From Candidatus Nanoarchaeia archaeon (GTDB lineage Archaea; Nanobdellota; Nanobdellia; Pacearchaeales; GW2011-AR1): a DNA stretch of 64,000 bases. The DNA lies in the NCBI GenBank assembly GCA_041501125.1, contig JBGQNO010000001.1:37981-101980 (forward strand), given 5' to 3'. Within the stretch, counting starts at the first letter, position 1; each line of letters opens with the position of its first letter. The translations under genes and the position numbers were made by a program. Positions 35,885 to 46,389 of this stretch are shown here, piece by piece. The notes below the pieces were generated by a model. That model was not told the DNA's origin. It was given only the letters and a program-made list of their open reading frames with translations, and made no database searches.

Positions 35885-36394
35885 TTAATGCTTCCAGAAC
35901 CAGAACCCTTTTTTCTTCTTTTCTTTTGGTCTTATGTAAACTACCTGCAAATCATAAGCTTGGGCTGATTTTGCCTGTACAAGATCTGATGTTATTAATG
36001 CAGATTTTGTTTTCATTGCAATCTCTCTTATCAGCGCATCAATTTCTCCTGATTTCGCAAATTTGATTTGCTGTTCAGTTGGTCTTAACCCATAAAAGTA
36101 AATGTCAATTTGGTATTTTTTCTTCAACTTATGCAGCTCAGCAATCTCATCCAAGCCCCGAAATCCTTCTTCTCTGCCTTTATTTGCTAGGTTTTCCAGT
36201 TCTGCCATCACCGCATTTGGAACTACAATTTTTCCTCGCAATCCCTTTGAAATCAATCTTGGCAGAAATTTGTTTATAACCGCAGAAGTGTCAACAACAT
36301 AGCTTCTTTTCTCTTTAGAAAACTGAGAACTGAGCGTTCTTCTGGCATGTGTCTTTACCTGCTGGCTTACTGATTTTTTTTTGAAAATAAACAT
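35885..36394 (-). CDS. PIN-domain protein (putative RNA-processing nuclease)
   Basis: About 170 aa from MFIFKKK. PIN-like YVVDTSAVI and LITSDLVQA acidic-residue segments. The track ORF start (36541) runs through the adjacent tRNA and is rejected. Confidence 0.5.
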   Translation of the reverse strand: MFIFKKKSVSQQVKTHARRTLSSQFSKEKRSYVVDTSAVINKFLPRLISKGLRGKIVVPNAVMAELENLANKGREEGFRGLDEIAELHKLKKKYQIDIYFYGLRPTEQQIKFAKSGEIDALIREIAMKTKSALITSDLVQAKSAQAYDLQVVYIRPKEKKKKGFWFWKH

Positions 36395-36402
36395 TTTTTC
36401 CA

Positions 36403-36486
36403 TGCGGGAGATAGGATTCGAACCTACGAAGGCACTAAGCCGCAGGATCTTGAGTCCTGCCCGTTTGACCGCTCCGGAACCCCCGC
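36403..36486 (-). tRNA. tRNA-Leu (anticodon CAA), type II
   Basis: Acceptor GCGGGGG/CTCCCGC+A. D arm CCG-GAGCGGTCAAA-CGG. Anticodon stem CAGGA/TCCTG with loop CUCAAGA. Variable arm GGC-TTAGT-GCC. T arm GTAGG-TTCGAAT-CCTAT. Confidence 0.75.
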
Positions 36487-36575
36487 ATGAATATCGAACT
36501 TTAAGGCTATTTATAAATATTTCACAGAATGCTATACACAAAACTTTAAAATGCGATTATTTTAATAGTATATAA

Positions 36576-36660
36576 GCGCCGCTAGTTTACCGGTAGAATT
36601 ACTGCCTTCCATTAGTAAAGAAGTTAGCAGTGGAACTGGGTTCAATTCCCAGGTGGCGCA
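36576..36660 (+). tRNA. tRNA-Gly (anticodon UCC) with a ~14-nt intron
   Basis: Acceptor GCGCCGC/GTGGCGC+A. Anticodon stem ACTGC/GCAGT, loop CUUCCA-[intron TTAGTAAAGAAGTT]-A. T arm CTGGG-TTCAATT-CCCAG. 85 nt in total. Confidence 0.6.
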
Positions 36661-36679
36661 TTTTTAAAAAAGACACAAA

Positions 36680-37597
36680 ATGGAACAACAGCACGCAAAA
36701 CAGCACGAACAGCATCCCGTAGCAATACCTGAAAAGTCATGGTATGACCGATATTATAAAATCCTGATGTTCATTCCAGTTTTGATTGTAATCGCTTCAT
36801 TAGTCTATCTTGGCGTTTTCTACTCCCAGCATGGAGATATCATGCTCAAGGACTCTAGTTTGTCAGGCGGAACAACAATAACTATCTCAGGAGATGTTGA
36901 TGCATCCAAGTTAGATTCATTAAAACAGGATTTTCCAGACTTGATTGTAAGAAAGCTTTCTGATGTAAGGACAGGAAAATCAATTGCTTCTATAATTGAA
37001 AGCTCGTCTCCTCCAGAAACTCTTAAGCCTGCACTAGAAAAAACTTTGGGTTATAATTTGACAGCAGATAACTCAAGTGTAGAATTTTCAGGTCCGACAT
37101 TGAGCAAAGGATTCTATAATCAGCTTATTACAGCATTAATCATCGCATTTGTCCTTATGTCGTTCGTTATATTTATAATGTTCCGGACAGCTGTACCAAG
37201 CATTGCAGTCATCTTTGCAGCTCTTTCAGACATTATTATACCTCTTGTTATTATTGATTATCTTGGAATAAAACTATCTGCAGCAGGAATTGCAGCATTC
37301 CTAATGCTTATTGGTTATTCTGTCGATACAGATATTCTTCTTACAACCAGAGCCATAAAAAACAAAGAAGGTTTTGTAAATGAAAGAATTTTCAGAGCAT
37401 TCAAGACAGGTATACTCATGACACTGACAGCAATCGCAGCTGTTCTTCCTGCGTTTTTCATTGTCACAGGATTGCCAGATTCGTTCAGGCAAATTTTCCT
37501 TATTCTCGCTTTAGGATTATTTGCAGACATAGCAAATACATGGCTTACAAATGCAGGCATAATTAAATGGTATTGCAAAGCGAAAGGCATACAATGA
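36680..37597 (+). CDS. secF: Protein-export membrane protein SecF
   Basis: 305 aa. N-terminal TM, periplasmic domain and C-terminal 5-TM bundle. Immediately precedes SecD. Confidence 0.8.
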   Translation: MEQQHAKQHEQHPVAIPEKSWYDRYYKILMFIPVLIVIASLVYLGVFYSQHGDIMLKDSSLSGGTTITISGDVDASKLDSLKQDFPDLIVRKLSDVRTGKSIASIIESSSPPETLKPALEKTLGYNLTADNSSVEFSGPTLSKGFYNQLITALIIAFVLMSFVIFIMFRTAVPSIAVIFAALSDIIIPLVIIDYLGIKLSAAGIAAFLMLIGYSVDTDILLTTRAIKNKEGFVNERIFRAFKTGILMTLTAIAAVLPAFFIVTGLPDSFRQIFLILALGLFADIANTWLTNAGIIKWYCKAKGIQ

Positions 37598-37718
37598 AAA
37601 ATCAAAGACTTCAAAATTCAAAGAATTTTGATAGCACTCAAAAATTTACATTTTTGATGTTTTTCAAGCATACAAATTTCCAAGATTTCCAAAAAAATGT
37701 GGAGGAAATTTTCATACA

Positions 37719-39248
37719 ATGAAAATAACACTAAGAATATGGATACTAATTATTGTACTGCTATTCGCATTCATAAGCATTGTAAATCTTAATGCATTCC
37801 AGCCAGGAGTACTGGTAAAGTCTGTTGACAAGAACTCTACTGCTTTTAATGAGGGTTTGCGAACAGGAATGATTATAACAGAAATAAATTCAGAAGCGAT
37901 AAAGAATTTAAATGATTACAGTAATGTAGTTCATAATCTTTTCTTAAATTTAAGTAACTCATCTGAAAAAATAAGACTGGACATTAAAACCGATCAAGGA
38001 GAATTTATTTTTTACACTAAAAATACGCCAGAAATTTCAGTCGTCGACATTCCAAAAACTAAAATAAAAACAGGCATGGACCTGCAGGGTGGTTCAAGGG
38101 CACTGGTAAAGCCAGAGAAATCTCTCACAGCAAATGAAATGAGTGATTTGATTGCTGTAACAAGCAACAGGCTTAATGTCTTTGGCATTTCAGATGTAAC
38201 AGTAAGGCCTGTCACTGACCTTAGTGGAAACAGCTTTATGCTGGTTGAGGTTGCAGGAGCAAGTGCAGCAGACATTAGGGAATTAGTTTCAAAGCAAGGC
38301 AAGTTTGAAGCAAAAATAGGAAATGATACTGTATTTGTTGGAGGCAAAAAAGATATTACTGATGTCTGCAGGACTGATGCTTCTTGTTCAAGGATAGAAG
38401 CATGCTACCCTGATCAGAACGGCGGTGAATACTGCAGATTCAGCTTTGTTGTATATCTAAGCGAGGCAGCTGCGCAGAGACATGCAGACATTACAAGCAA
38501 ACTTGGAATAAATATGACAGAATCCGGCAGATATCTTGACAAGAAGCTTGATTTATATCTTGATGATAATCTCGTTGATTCACTTTTCATAAGCGAAGAC
38601 CTGAAAGGACAGGTTACAACACAGATACAAGTGCAAGGTTCCGGTTCAGGTAAAACCCATGATGAAGCATTAAATGATGCGAAAGATAATATGCACAAGC
38701 TTCAGACTCTTTTGATAACTGGTAGCTTGCCTTACAAGCTTGAAATTGTAAAGCTTGATACAATCTCTCCTGCATTGGGAAAAGAATTTGCAATGAATAT
38801 AGCTTATCTGGCAATAGTTGTATTTATTATAATTTCAGCAATACTTTTTGTAAAATATAGAAAAATCAAGATAACATTATCAGTTATACTCACAATGTTT
38901 TCAGAGGCATTCATAACTCTGGGAATTGCAGCATTGATTAGATGGAATCTGGATGCACCAAGCATTGCAGGCATTATTGCAGGAATGGGCACAGGTGTAA
39001 ATGATCAGATAGTAATAGTTGATGAGTCTGTGTCAAATGTGCAACTTGGCTTAAAAGAAAGAATCAAACGCGCATTCTTCATAATCATAGGAGCATTCTT
39101 CACAATCATTGCAGCAATGCTTCCTTTATTTTGGGCTGGCGCAGGAATGCTGAGAGGATTTGCATTAACAACGATAATAGGCGTAAGTGTAGGAATAATT
39201 ATAACCAGGCCAGCATTTGCAGATATAATAAAACAAATACAGGAATAA
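37719..39248 (+). CDS. secD: Protein-export membrane protein SecD
   Basis: 509 aa. N-terminal TM, large periplasmic domain and C-terminal 5-TM bundle (SAILFVKYRK...IAGMGTGVNDQIVIVDE). Archaeal SecDF arrangement. Confidence 0.8.
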   Translation: MKITLRIWILIIVLLFAFISIVNLNAFQPGVLVKSVDKNSTAFNEGLRTGMIITEINSEAIKNLNDYSNVVHNLFLNLSNSSEKIRLDIKTDQGEFIFYTKNTPEISVVDIPKTKIKTGMDLQGGSRALVKPEKSLTANEMSDLIAVTSNRLNVFGISDVTVRPVTDLSGNSFMLVEVAGASAADIRELVSKQGKFEAKIGNDTVFVGGKKDITDVCRTDASCSRIEACYPDQNGGEYCRFSFVVYLSEAAAQRHADITSKLGINMTESGRYLDKKLDLYLDDNLVDSLFISEDLKGQVTTQIQVQGSGSGKTHDEALNDAKDNMHKLQTLLITGSLPYKLEIVKLDTISPALGKEFAMNIAYLAIVVFIIISAILFVKYRKIKITLSVILTMFSEAFITLGIAALIRWNLDAPSIAGIIAGMGTGVNDQIVIVDESVSNVQLGLKERIKRAFFIIIGAFFTIIAAMLPLFWAGAGMLRGFALTTIIGVSVGIIITRPAFADIIKQIQE

Positions 39249-39258
39249 ACAAACAAAA

Positions 39259-39549
39259 ATGATAATCAAAATACTCGGATTTTTTGACATTGTCGCAGGA
39301 ATTCTTTTGTTTCTTACACCGTTTGTTTCAATTTCAAAAACTATTCTTTTAATGTTTGCATTGTACTTTGTGGTAAAAGGCGCATTCTTCCTGATAACAG
39401 GAGGAATTGGAATGTTTGCGCTAACTAACATAGGAGATATTTTTGCCGGACTGATGTTCTATCTTGCTGTTCCATTCGCTTTACCGAAAATTTTACTTGC
39501 CTTAGTCTCGCTGTTCCTGGTGCAAAAAGGAATCTTTAGTTATTTCTAA
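39259..39549 (+). CDS. Small membrane protein (3 TM)
   Basis: 96 aa hydrophobic ORF. Confidence 0.35.
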   Translation: MIIKILGFFDIVAGILLFLTPFVSISKTILLMFALYFVVKGAFFLITGGIGMFALTNIGDIFAGLMFYLAVPFALPKILLALVSLFLVQKGIFSYF

Positions 39550-39550
39550 A

Positions 39551-40033
39551 ATGCTTCCGAAATATCACATTTTGATAGGATTTATTGTATCATCAGCAAT
39601 ATTGCTAATCTGGCCAGACATTGGCTTGTTCAACATTGGAATAATTTTCTTTGTATCATTCTTTGTAGATTTTGACCATTACATTTACTTTATTTGGACT
39701 AAAAATGATTTTTCTCTCTCGCATGCATACAGATGGTTTGTTGCGATGGGCAAATTTATCAGAGGTCTTCCCCAAAACAAAAGAGAAACGTATAAGCATA
39801 CTGTATTGCTATTCCATGGCATTGAATTCTGGCTCTTTCTTTTATTGCTGTCTTTGTTCAATAAAATGATTATTTGGGTGCTTGCAGGAATTGCAATTCA
39901 TATGGTTTTTGACTTTGTCGAACTTGTAGTTCATAAAAACCCATTGTACACAAAGATATCTCAGATTTATGTTCTGATTACCAATAAAAACAAGAAACTC
40001 CTGCCTTCTACATTTAACAAGGTAATTTTATAA
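39551..40033 (+). CDS. Membrane protein, possible YdjM-like membrane-bound metal-dependent hydrolase
   Basis: 160 aa, 4 TM. FDHYIYFIW and LLFHGIEFWLF His-containing segments. Confidence 0.3.
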   Translation: MLPKYHILIGFIVSSAILLIWPDIGLFNIGIIFFVSFFVDFDHYIYFIWTKNDFSLSHAYRWFVAMGKFIRGLPQNKRETYKHTVLLFHGIEFWLFLLLLSLFNKMIIWVLAGIAIHMVFDFVELVVHKNPLYTKISQIYVLITNKNKKLLPSTFNKVIL

Positions 40034-40055
40034 ATTAGTGTTTGCTTGACAAAAT

Positions 40056-41843
40056 ATGGCTGAAAATGAAAAGAGTTTAACTGACAGAATTGTTGATGCC
40101 TGGTTCTCAAAAGACAAAACTTTTGTTTATCTTACAATACTTCTTGTTCTTGGTCTGGTATTAAGAATTATTGCAGCTATGAACCTTGATGTTGCTGCAG
40201 ATGACATGCATTTTGCTCCTGGTGCTATCAATTTTCTTTCGTCAGGCAAGCTTGAATATTGGGACCAGTCAGCCGGACTTTGGTTTGCAGTTACTGATAT
40301 ATCCTATAAAATCCTTGGTGTGACACAACTTGCCTCGAGATTTGCACCAGTCTTGTTCGGCACGCTGCTTATATTTGTAGTATTCCTGCTTGCGAAAGAA
40401 CTATTCAAGGATAATAAAACTGCATTGATTGCATCGTTGCTTGTTGCTATCTCACCTTTCCATATAAAGAGCATGATGGCAGAGATGGATGTGATGGCAA
40501 TGTTCTTTGTTTTCCTTTCATTGTTCTTATTTTTAAGAGCATTGAACAACAATACCGATAAGAGGCTCTTGGCTCTGAGTGCGATTGCCCTTGGCCTTGC
40601 GATTTATACAAAAGTTTATCCTTTATTGTTTATTCCAGGCATGGTAATCTTCTGGTTTTATAAAAATCACAAAGAAAAAATTCAGGAAAGAGGAAGTTTC
40701 TACAAAACTCTTATTTTGTTTCTGGCAGTAATCTTTATTTTCTGTCTGCCAACTTTGACTCATAATTATCTACTTTACAAAGAAAAAGGCATAATGGACG
40801 TAAGATTTTCAGAGATACTTGGAATCAATAAAAGCTTAGATATGTACTCATGGGCAGCAGGTAGTGGAGCCAAGCCAGATTTTGCAGGATTTTTCTTAGG
40901 CAGGTCAGGAGCATATAATGGAATGCCAACTTCCCTGCTTGCTTTGTACTGGGTTTTTAATGCAGACCCGCTTGTCTTTATCCTAGGTATACTTGGTCTG
41001 ATTCTGCTCTGGAAGCGAAAAGATTTGTTGCTATTAATGGGTTTAATGTTTATATTTCCATTTGCATATCTTGCATCTCTTGTATTGCTAATTAAGCATT
41101 ATCTGTTTGTCTCACTTATTTTAACAATTCCAGCAGCAGCAACACTTGCAAGAATTTCAAAATTTGTGAGGCTAAGATACATTGCAGTAATTATAATAAT
41201 ATTCTCCTTAGTTTACTTGAGTTTTCCTAACCAGACAAATGCTCATTCGATTTACGAAAAGAGTACTATTGCCAAATTGATGGACTTTAAACAAAACATG
41301 AACCCAGAAGCTATAGTCCTGGTAGACAGCAGAGTATACAGAGGAGAGATGACATGGGCATTCAGTGATAGGCATTACCTTGAGGCCAGCTATATAAATG
41401 AATTTTTCAAAATGCAGGAAAACCAGACCAAAGTTTCAACACCTGTCTATTATATTGAGTGTGCAAGAGATGACTGTGGCTGGGGAACAGTTTACAACCA
41501 GCCAGAATTTAATGCAACAATGGAAAATATGTCAGCATACTTCAGAAGCATATCAAACAAAGTTGGAGCAATTAGTGATGCACAAGGAGAATACTTTGAT
41601 GTTTACAAAACTGAAATGAATCTTGTTCCGCAATCTGCGTCAATTGTAGATTTGACACATAATTGGTGGCTTTATCCTCTGGGCTACAATAAGCAGATTT
41701 CAACAATCTTTGATGAGTATACACCAAAGTCATTTTCAGGAATCTTGCTTAATAACATAGCCCATGCAATACTTTATTTTTCAATAGCAGCATTCCTTTC
41801 AATACTGGTTGTATTATACCTGCTAATTAAAGAATTATCCTGA
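40056..41843 (+). CDS. GT-C membrane glycosyltransferase (GT39/GT83, PMT/ArnT-like)
   Basis: 595 aa. About 11 N-terminal TM helices with an acidic DD motif in the first extracytoplasmic loop (DVAADDMHF). Large C-terminal soluble domain and a final TM. Confidence 0.55.
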   Translation: MAENEKSLTDRIVDAWFSKDKTFVYLTILLVLGLVLRIIAAMNLDVAADDMHFAPGAINFLSSGKLEYWDQSAGLWFAVTDISYKILGVTQLASRFAPVLFGTLLIFVVFLLAKELFKDNKTALIASLLVAISPFHIKSMMAEMDVMAMFFVFLSLFLFLRALNNNTDKRLLALSAIALGLAIYTKVYPLLFIPGMVIFWFYKNHKEKIQERGSFYKTLILFLAVIFIFCLPTLTHNYLLYKEKGIMDVRFSEILGINKSLDMYSWAAGSGAKPDFAGFFLGRSGAYNGMPTSLLALYWVFNADPLVFILGILGLILLWKRKDLLLLMGLMFIFPFAYLASLVLLIKHYLFVSLILTIPAAATLARISKFVRLRYIAVIIIIFSLVYLSFPNQTNAHSIYEKSTIAKLMDFKQNMNPEAIVLVDSRVYRGEMTWAFSDRHYLEASYINEFFKMQENQTKVSTPVYYIECARDDCGWGTVYNQPEFNATMENMSAYFRSISNKVGAISDAQGEYFDVYKTEMNLVPQSASIVDLTHNWWLYPLGYNKQISTIFDEYTPKSFSGILLNNIAHAILYFSIAAFLSILVVLYLLIKELS

Positions 41844-41852
41844 ATTTGAAAA

Positions 41853-42308
41853 ATGAACAATCAGCCACGATACTCGCTCAAGAATATAACAGACAAAAAA
41901 AACAAGAATGCTTTTGTTCAACTTATTAAATACTTTTTTACAGGCGGCATTGCAGCAGTAATTGACATAGGGTCTTTTTTATTATTCTCAATAAGTTTGC
42001 ATATTGATTACAGAATTTCAATAGTTCTTAGCTTTACCTTGGGCACATTAACTAACTTTTTCATATGCAATGCTTTTGTTTTTGAACGGAAAAGCCTGTC
42101 ACTATTCGCAGCAGCATACAGGCATTACCTATCGAGCCTTGGCGGACTGGTAACCAATGAGATAGTTATGATGTTTCTTATTGAACTTTTGAATTTCAGC
42201 AATCTGCTTATCGCAAAATTAATAGCTACTGCAGCAGCATTCATGGTTAATTTTTTGTTGATTAAATTTTATGCATTTAACAGCAAGATTAAAATACTCC
42301 AAAACTAG
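41853..42308 (+). CDS. GtrA-family polysaccharide-synthesis membrane protein
   Basis: 151 aa, 4 TM. KYFFTGGIAAVIDIGSFLLFS is a GtrA signature. Confidence 0.6.
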   Translation: MNNQPRYSLKNITDKKNKNAFVQLIKYFFTGGIAAVIDIGSFLLFSISLHIDYRISIVLSFTLGTLTNFFICNAFVFERKSLSLFAAAYRHYLSSLGGLVTNEIVMMFLIELLNFSNLLIAKLIATAAAFMVNFLLIKFYAFNSKIKILQN

Positions 42309-42317
42309 CGTTTTCCC

Positions 42318-43355
42318 ATGGAAAAAGTTCTGGTTACCGGCGGAGCCGGATTTTTTGGAGAGCTGCTGAAAAAAGAATTGCTTGAGAAAGGATTCTTTGT
42401 AGTAAGCATCGACTTGGAGAAAGACAGTTGCAAACATAAAAAACTTGTTGCAGTGCAAGGAGATATAAGAGACAAACAGCAACTAGAAAATCTATTCTCA
42501 AGGTATAAATTCAATGCCATTTTTCATATTGCAGCAATTCTTGCCCACTCTGTAAAAGATATTAATTTTTTATGGACTTCTAATGTGGATGGAACAAGAA
42601 ACATTGCCGAGTTTGCCAGGAAATATAAGGTTCCAAAAGTTGTTTTTACATCTTCTAATTGTTTATGGGCTAAGAATTTTCACAGGCCTGTAAAAGAAGA
42701 GGACATTCCAGAGCCAGTAGAAATTTATGGTAAGTCAAAGCTCGAAGGTGAAAAAATACTTCTTAGCTATAAAAAATATTTTAATGCAGTTATAATAAGA
42801 TGCCCTACAATAATTGATGAAGGCAGACTGGGTTTGCTCGCAATTCTTTTTGATTTTATAGATGAAGGCAGGAAAGTCTGGATTGTTGGCAAGGGAGACA
42901 ACAAGTACCAGTTTATTTATGCAAAAGACTTAATTGATGCCTGCATAAGAGCATTAAGGTATAACAAGTCTGATATTTTTAACATCGGCTCTGATAATGT
43001 TAAAACTTTTAAGGAAGTTTATGAGCATGTTATAAAAAAGGCAGATACAGGCGCAAGAACATTTCCATTGCCAAAAGGGTTGGTGATATTTTTAATGAAG
43101 CTTGCACATAAATTAAAAATCTCTCCGCTTGGCCCGTATCATTACAAGATGATTGCAGAGGATTTTGTTTTTGATACTAGTAAAATAAAAAACAAGCTTG
43201 GATGGAAACCAACACTAACAAATGAAGAAATGTTGTGGAAAGCATATCAGTATTATCACCAAAATAAAGCCGAGATACTCGCAAGAAAAGATGTTTCTGC
43301 TCATAAAAAAGCAGCAAGTATGGGTGTCATTAAGCTGGTAAAGTGGCTTTCTTAA
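42318..43355 (+). CDS. NAD-dependent nucleotide-sugar epimerase/dehydratase (SDR)
   Basis: 345 aa. VTGGAGFFG Rossmann motif and catalytic YGKSK. Confidence 0.8.
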   Translation: MEKVLVTGGAGFFGELLKKELLEKGFFVVSIDLEKDSCKHKKLVAVQGDIRDKQQLENLFSRYKFNAIFHIAAILAHSVKDINFLWTSNVDGTRNIAEFARKYKVPKVVFTSSNCLWAKNFHRPVKEEDIPEPVEIYGKSKLEGEKILLSYKKYFNAVIIRCPTIIDEGRLGLLAILFDFIDEGRKVWIVGKGDNKYQFIYAKDLIDACIRALRYNKSDIFNIGSDNVKTFKEVYEHVIKKADTGARTFPLPKGLVIFLMKLAHKLKISPLGPYHYKMIAEDFVFDTSKIKNKLGWKPTLTNEEMLWKAYQYYHQNKAEILARKDVSAHKKAASMGVIKLVKWLS

Positions 43356-44779
43356 CTCTTTTTTTCCTCGTGATACTCAGCATCAGTATTAACCTGCCAT
43401 TGGTCATATTTTCCTTCGCCAAGGATATTTTTTACAGCCAAAAGCGCAGTCATCATTGAGTGATCCGAGTTATTGTATCTGTGCAAGCCCCCTCTTCCAA
43501 TCGGCTGAAGAGAATTATCTTTAAAATTATTTTGCAGGTATGCTTTAATTATATTTACCTTCTCTTCATATCCTACAAGGTAAACTGGATAAACCTCTTT
43601 CAACCTGATAACCTCTGCATCAAAAACTTTTTCCACGCTTGCGAAGCTGAGTCTTTTCAAGTCTTGTTTTGCCTGTTCAATTAATTGCTCTTTAGACATA
43701 TTCCATAATTCATCTCCTTCATTGCAGGCATATTCAAATCCTATGCAGGATTTGCTTGCATCAGGCACCATGAAAGGACTCCAGTTCTTAAAAATTTGCG
43801 CTCGAATCGGCTTCATGCCTTCATCATGAGTATAAACCCAAGTGTCTGGCACAGTTTTGGGCTGGTCAATCATCAAAGCGACAGTTATGAAATCCCTAAA
43901 TCTCAAAAATTTAGCAGCATCAAGTATTTCCTGGAAAGGTTTGGGTTCTAATGAAAAAATTAGTTCTCTCAAAGGCATTGTAGACAGTACATAATCTGCC
44001 CTGAATTTTTTATTCTTCTTGCTGTTCTGTGCAGTCACTGAAACAATTTTGCCATTTTTGTGTTTTATCTTCACGACCTTCCATCCTTTCAGCACCTTGC
44101 CTTTCTTTGCCTCAATCAACCTGGTTACATGTTCCCACATCATGCCAGGCCCGTATTTAGGATATTTGAACTGCTCAATCAGGGACTTTATGTTATTGTC
44201 CTTGACGCCAAGAGATTTCTTTAAAGCATCTTTCAACGCGCTCATGAATGAAATTCCTTTGATTCTCTGACTGGTAAAATCCTTGCTTAAATACTTTGGA
44301 TGCACACCCCAAAGCTTAAAATTGTAGTCAATGAAAAATGGCTTTGCAAGATAATGCCCAAAATTATTAATGCACCAGTCAGCAACACTAATCTCAGGAA
44401 CTATAGGTTTGAGTTTTGCCTTTGCATAGCTCAATGCTATTTTCATTGAGTCAACCAGTCCAAAGACTCCAAGCAGTTCAAGGGGCTTTATTGGATAGTC
44501 AAAAAACTTCTTCCTGTAGTACCACCTTGATAATCTGGGTCTTGTCAAGAAATCTTCGTGCAAAATATTTTCCCACCATGCCTCAATTTCCCTGTTTTTA
44601 GTAAAAAATCGATGCCCTCCAATATCAAATCTGAAACCTTTGTAATTTATGGTTCTGGAAATGCCGCCGACAATGTTGTCTCTTTCCAGCACAGTCACCT
44701 TAAATCCCTTTTTAACAAGTTCATAGCCGGCAGTCAATCCTGCAGGTCCAGCACCGATTATTAAGACTGTTTTAGGCAT
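43352..44779 (-). CDS. FAD-dependent oxidoreductase (amine-oxidase/UDP-galactopyranose-mutase-like fold)
   Basis: 475 aa. N-terminal dinucleotide-binding motif LIIGAGPAGLTAGYEL. Confidence 0.6.
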   Translation of the reverse strand: MPKTVLIIGAGPAGLTAGYELVKKGFKVTVLERDNIVGGISRTINYKGFRFDIGGHRFFTKNREIEAWWENILHEDFLTRPRLSRWYYRKKFFDYPIKPLELLGVFGLVDSMKIALSYAKAKLKPIVPEISVADWCINNFGHYLAKPFFIDYNFKLWGVHPKYLSKDFTSQRIKGISFMSALKDALKKSLGVKDNNIKSLIEQFKYPKYGPGMMWEHVTRLIEAKKGKVLKGWKVVKIKHKNGKIVSVTAQNSKKNKKFRADYVLSTMPLRELIFSLEPKPFQEILDAAKFLRFRDFITVALMIDQPKTVPDTWVYTHDEGMKPIRAQIFKNWSPFMVPDASKSCIGFEYACNEGDELWNMSKEQLIEQAKQDLKRLSFASVEKVFDAEVIRLKEVYPVYLVGYEEKVNIIKAYLQNNFKDNSLQPIGRGGLHRYNNSDHSMMTALLAVKNILGEGKYDQWQVNTDAEYHEEKKS

Positions 44780-44837
44780 TTTGAGGTAATATTAACCTAT
44801 ATAGAAGGTTTAAAAATTTCATTATACTGAAGTTATA

Positions 44838-46343
44838 ATGGAACGTGGCTTGAAGGAGCAAGTTGTTAAGAATTCATTCTGGGCTTTCGCATCTTCTTTG
44901 ATAAACAGGCTTGGAGCATTAATTTTCACAATCATACTTGCACGATTCCTGCTTCCAGAAGGTTTTGGATTATATTCAATTGTCCTATCAACAGCAATGA
45001 TATTCTACACATTTGCAGACCTTGGAATAAACTCAACAATGATAAGGTATGTCTCGCATGCCCTCGCAAATAATAAAAAGAAAGTCTATGCATATCACCG
45101 TTATTTGCTCAAGGTAAAGTTTTTCCTGACACTGGCAGTGTCAGTTGTGTTGCTTGCCCTGTCCTATCCTCTGGCACTTTATGTTTTTAAGAACTCTGCA
45201 TTATTTGTTCCATTCATAACGTCTGCATTTTACATTTTTGTGCTTTCATTTGACACCTTTTATACATCATTTTTCTATACAATTGAAAAAGTGCAGTATG
45301 TCAGCTTTAAGGAGTCATTAAGCCAGATTCTCAGAATTGTTTTTGCACTTGTGGTGTTCTATGTTCTGGCATCTTCATATTATGTTGCAGGAATATTTGT
45401 ATCCTTGGCATTAATTTCATTATTCCTTGTTATTTTTATGTTGTATTACTTGAAAAAGTTGATTCCAGAGATATTCCTGCATCCTGGAAAAGAAATTGGG
45501 ATTGACAAAGCAAGAGTTTTGAAATTTGCAGGTTTCCTGACAATTGCAAGCATCTCTACAATATTCTTTTCTTATGTAGACTCAATTATGCTTGGAATGT
45601 TTTTGAAGCCAGAGTTTGTTGGTTTCTATCGTGCGGCATTCTCGCTTGTTTCAGGAGTTTCAGCCATTATTCTTGCACCAGCAGTTATTTTGTTGCCAAT
45701 GTTCACAAAACTTAAAAAATCCAAAACTGAAAATGCATTAAACCAGATTTTCAAGTATCTTACAATCTTTGCAGTTCCAGCAGCATTCGGCTTGCTTATT
45801 CTTGGAAAATATTTTGTAAGATTTTTCTATGACTATTCATACATTCCAGCAGCCCTGCCTCTTTATTTTCTTTCATTTTTAATAATTCCAGTAGTTTACG
45901 TGTCTGTTTTCCTTCCGCTTTTTTCAGCACGGGAAAAACCGCAGATTTTTGCAAAAATAATTGTGGCAGCAAGCATACTCAACATAATACTAAACTACAT
46001 TTTAATCAAGGCACTTCTTCCAGTATCGTCAATCTGGGCAACTGCCGGAGCCAGCATAGCTACTTTGACAAGCTGGATTTTCTATCTTATTGCAGTTGTT
46101 TATGTCTCTAAAAAAGAACTTGGCATTGCAGTTTCATTTAAGCATTTAATCAGGCCATTTATTGCAGGCATTATTATGTCCGGAGCTGTGCTTTATACAA
46201 TGACCTTCTTCAAGGACATGACTTTTATCTCAGGCACATTAGAGATATTGCTGGGCATACTAGTTTATTTCGGCGCATTGTTCTTGATAGGCGGGATAAA
46301 ACGCGAAGATTTTGAACTTATCAAGTTATTAAGAAGATTATAG
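44838..46343 (+). CDS. Wzx-like oligosaccharide flippase (MOP superfamily polysaccharide transporter)
   Basis: 501 aa, about 14 TM helices. N-terminal polysaccharide biosynthesis protein pattern. Confidence 0.6.
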   Translation: MERGLKEQVVKNSFWAFASSLINRLGALIFTIILARFLLPEGFGLYSIVLSTAMIFYTFADLGINSTMIRYVSHALANNKKKVYAYHRYLLKVKFFLTLAVSVVLLALSYPLALYVFKNSALFVPFITSAFYIFVLSFDTFYTSFFYTIEKVQYVSFKESLSQILRIVFALVVFYVLASSYYVAGIFVSLALISLFLVIFMLYYLKKLIPEIFLHPGKEIGIDKARVLKFAGFLTIASISTIFFSYVDSIMLGMFLKPEFVGFYRAAFSLVSGVSAIILAPAVILLPMFTKLKKSKTENALNQIFKYLTIFAVPAAFGLLILGKYFVRFFYDYSYIPAALPLYFLSFLIIPVVYVSVFLPLFSAREKPQIFAKIIVAASILNIILNYILIKALLPVSSIWATAGASIATLTSWIFYLIAVVYVSKKELGIAVSFKHLIRPFIAGIIMSGAVLYTMTFFKDMTFISGTLEILLGILVYFGALFLIGGIKREDFELIKLLRRL

Positions 46344-46389
46344 CTTCTGTTACATAATCATTTATAAACCGCTTCTTTCAAATAAAGGA

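Noticed and set aside
36395-36541. N-terminal extension of ORF 35885-36541 running through tRNA-Leu(CAA)
   Set aside because: The extension overlaps a high-confidence tRNA on the same strand. The start was moved to the internal Met (MFIFKKK) downstream of the tRNA.
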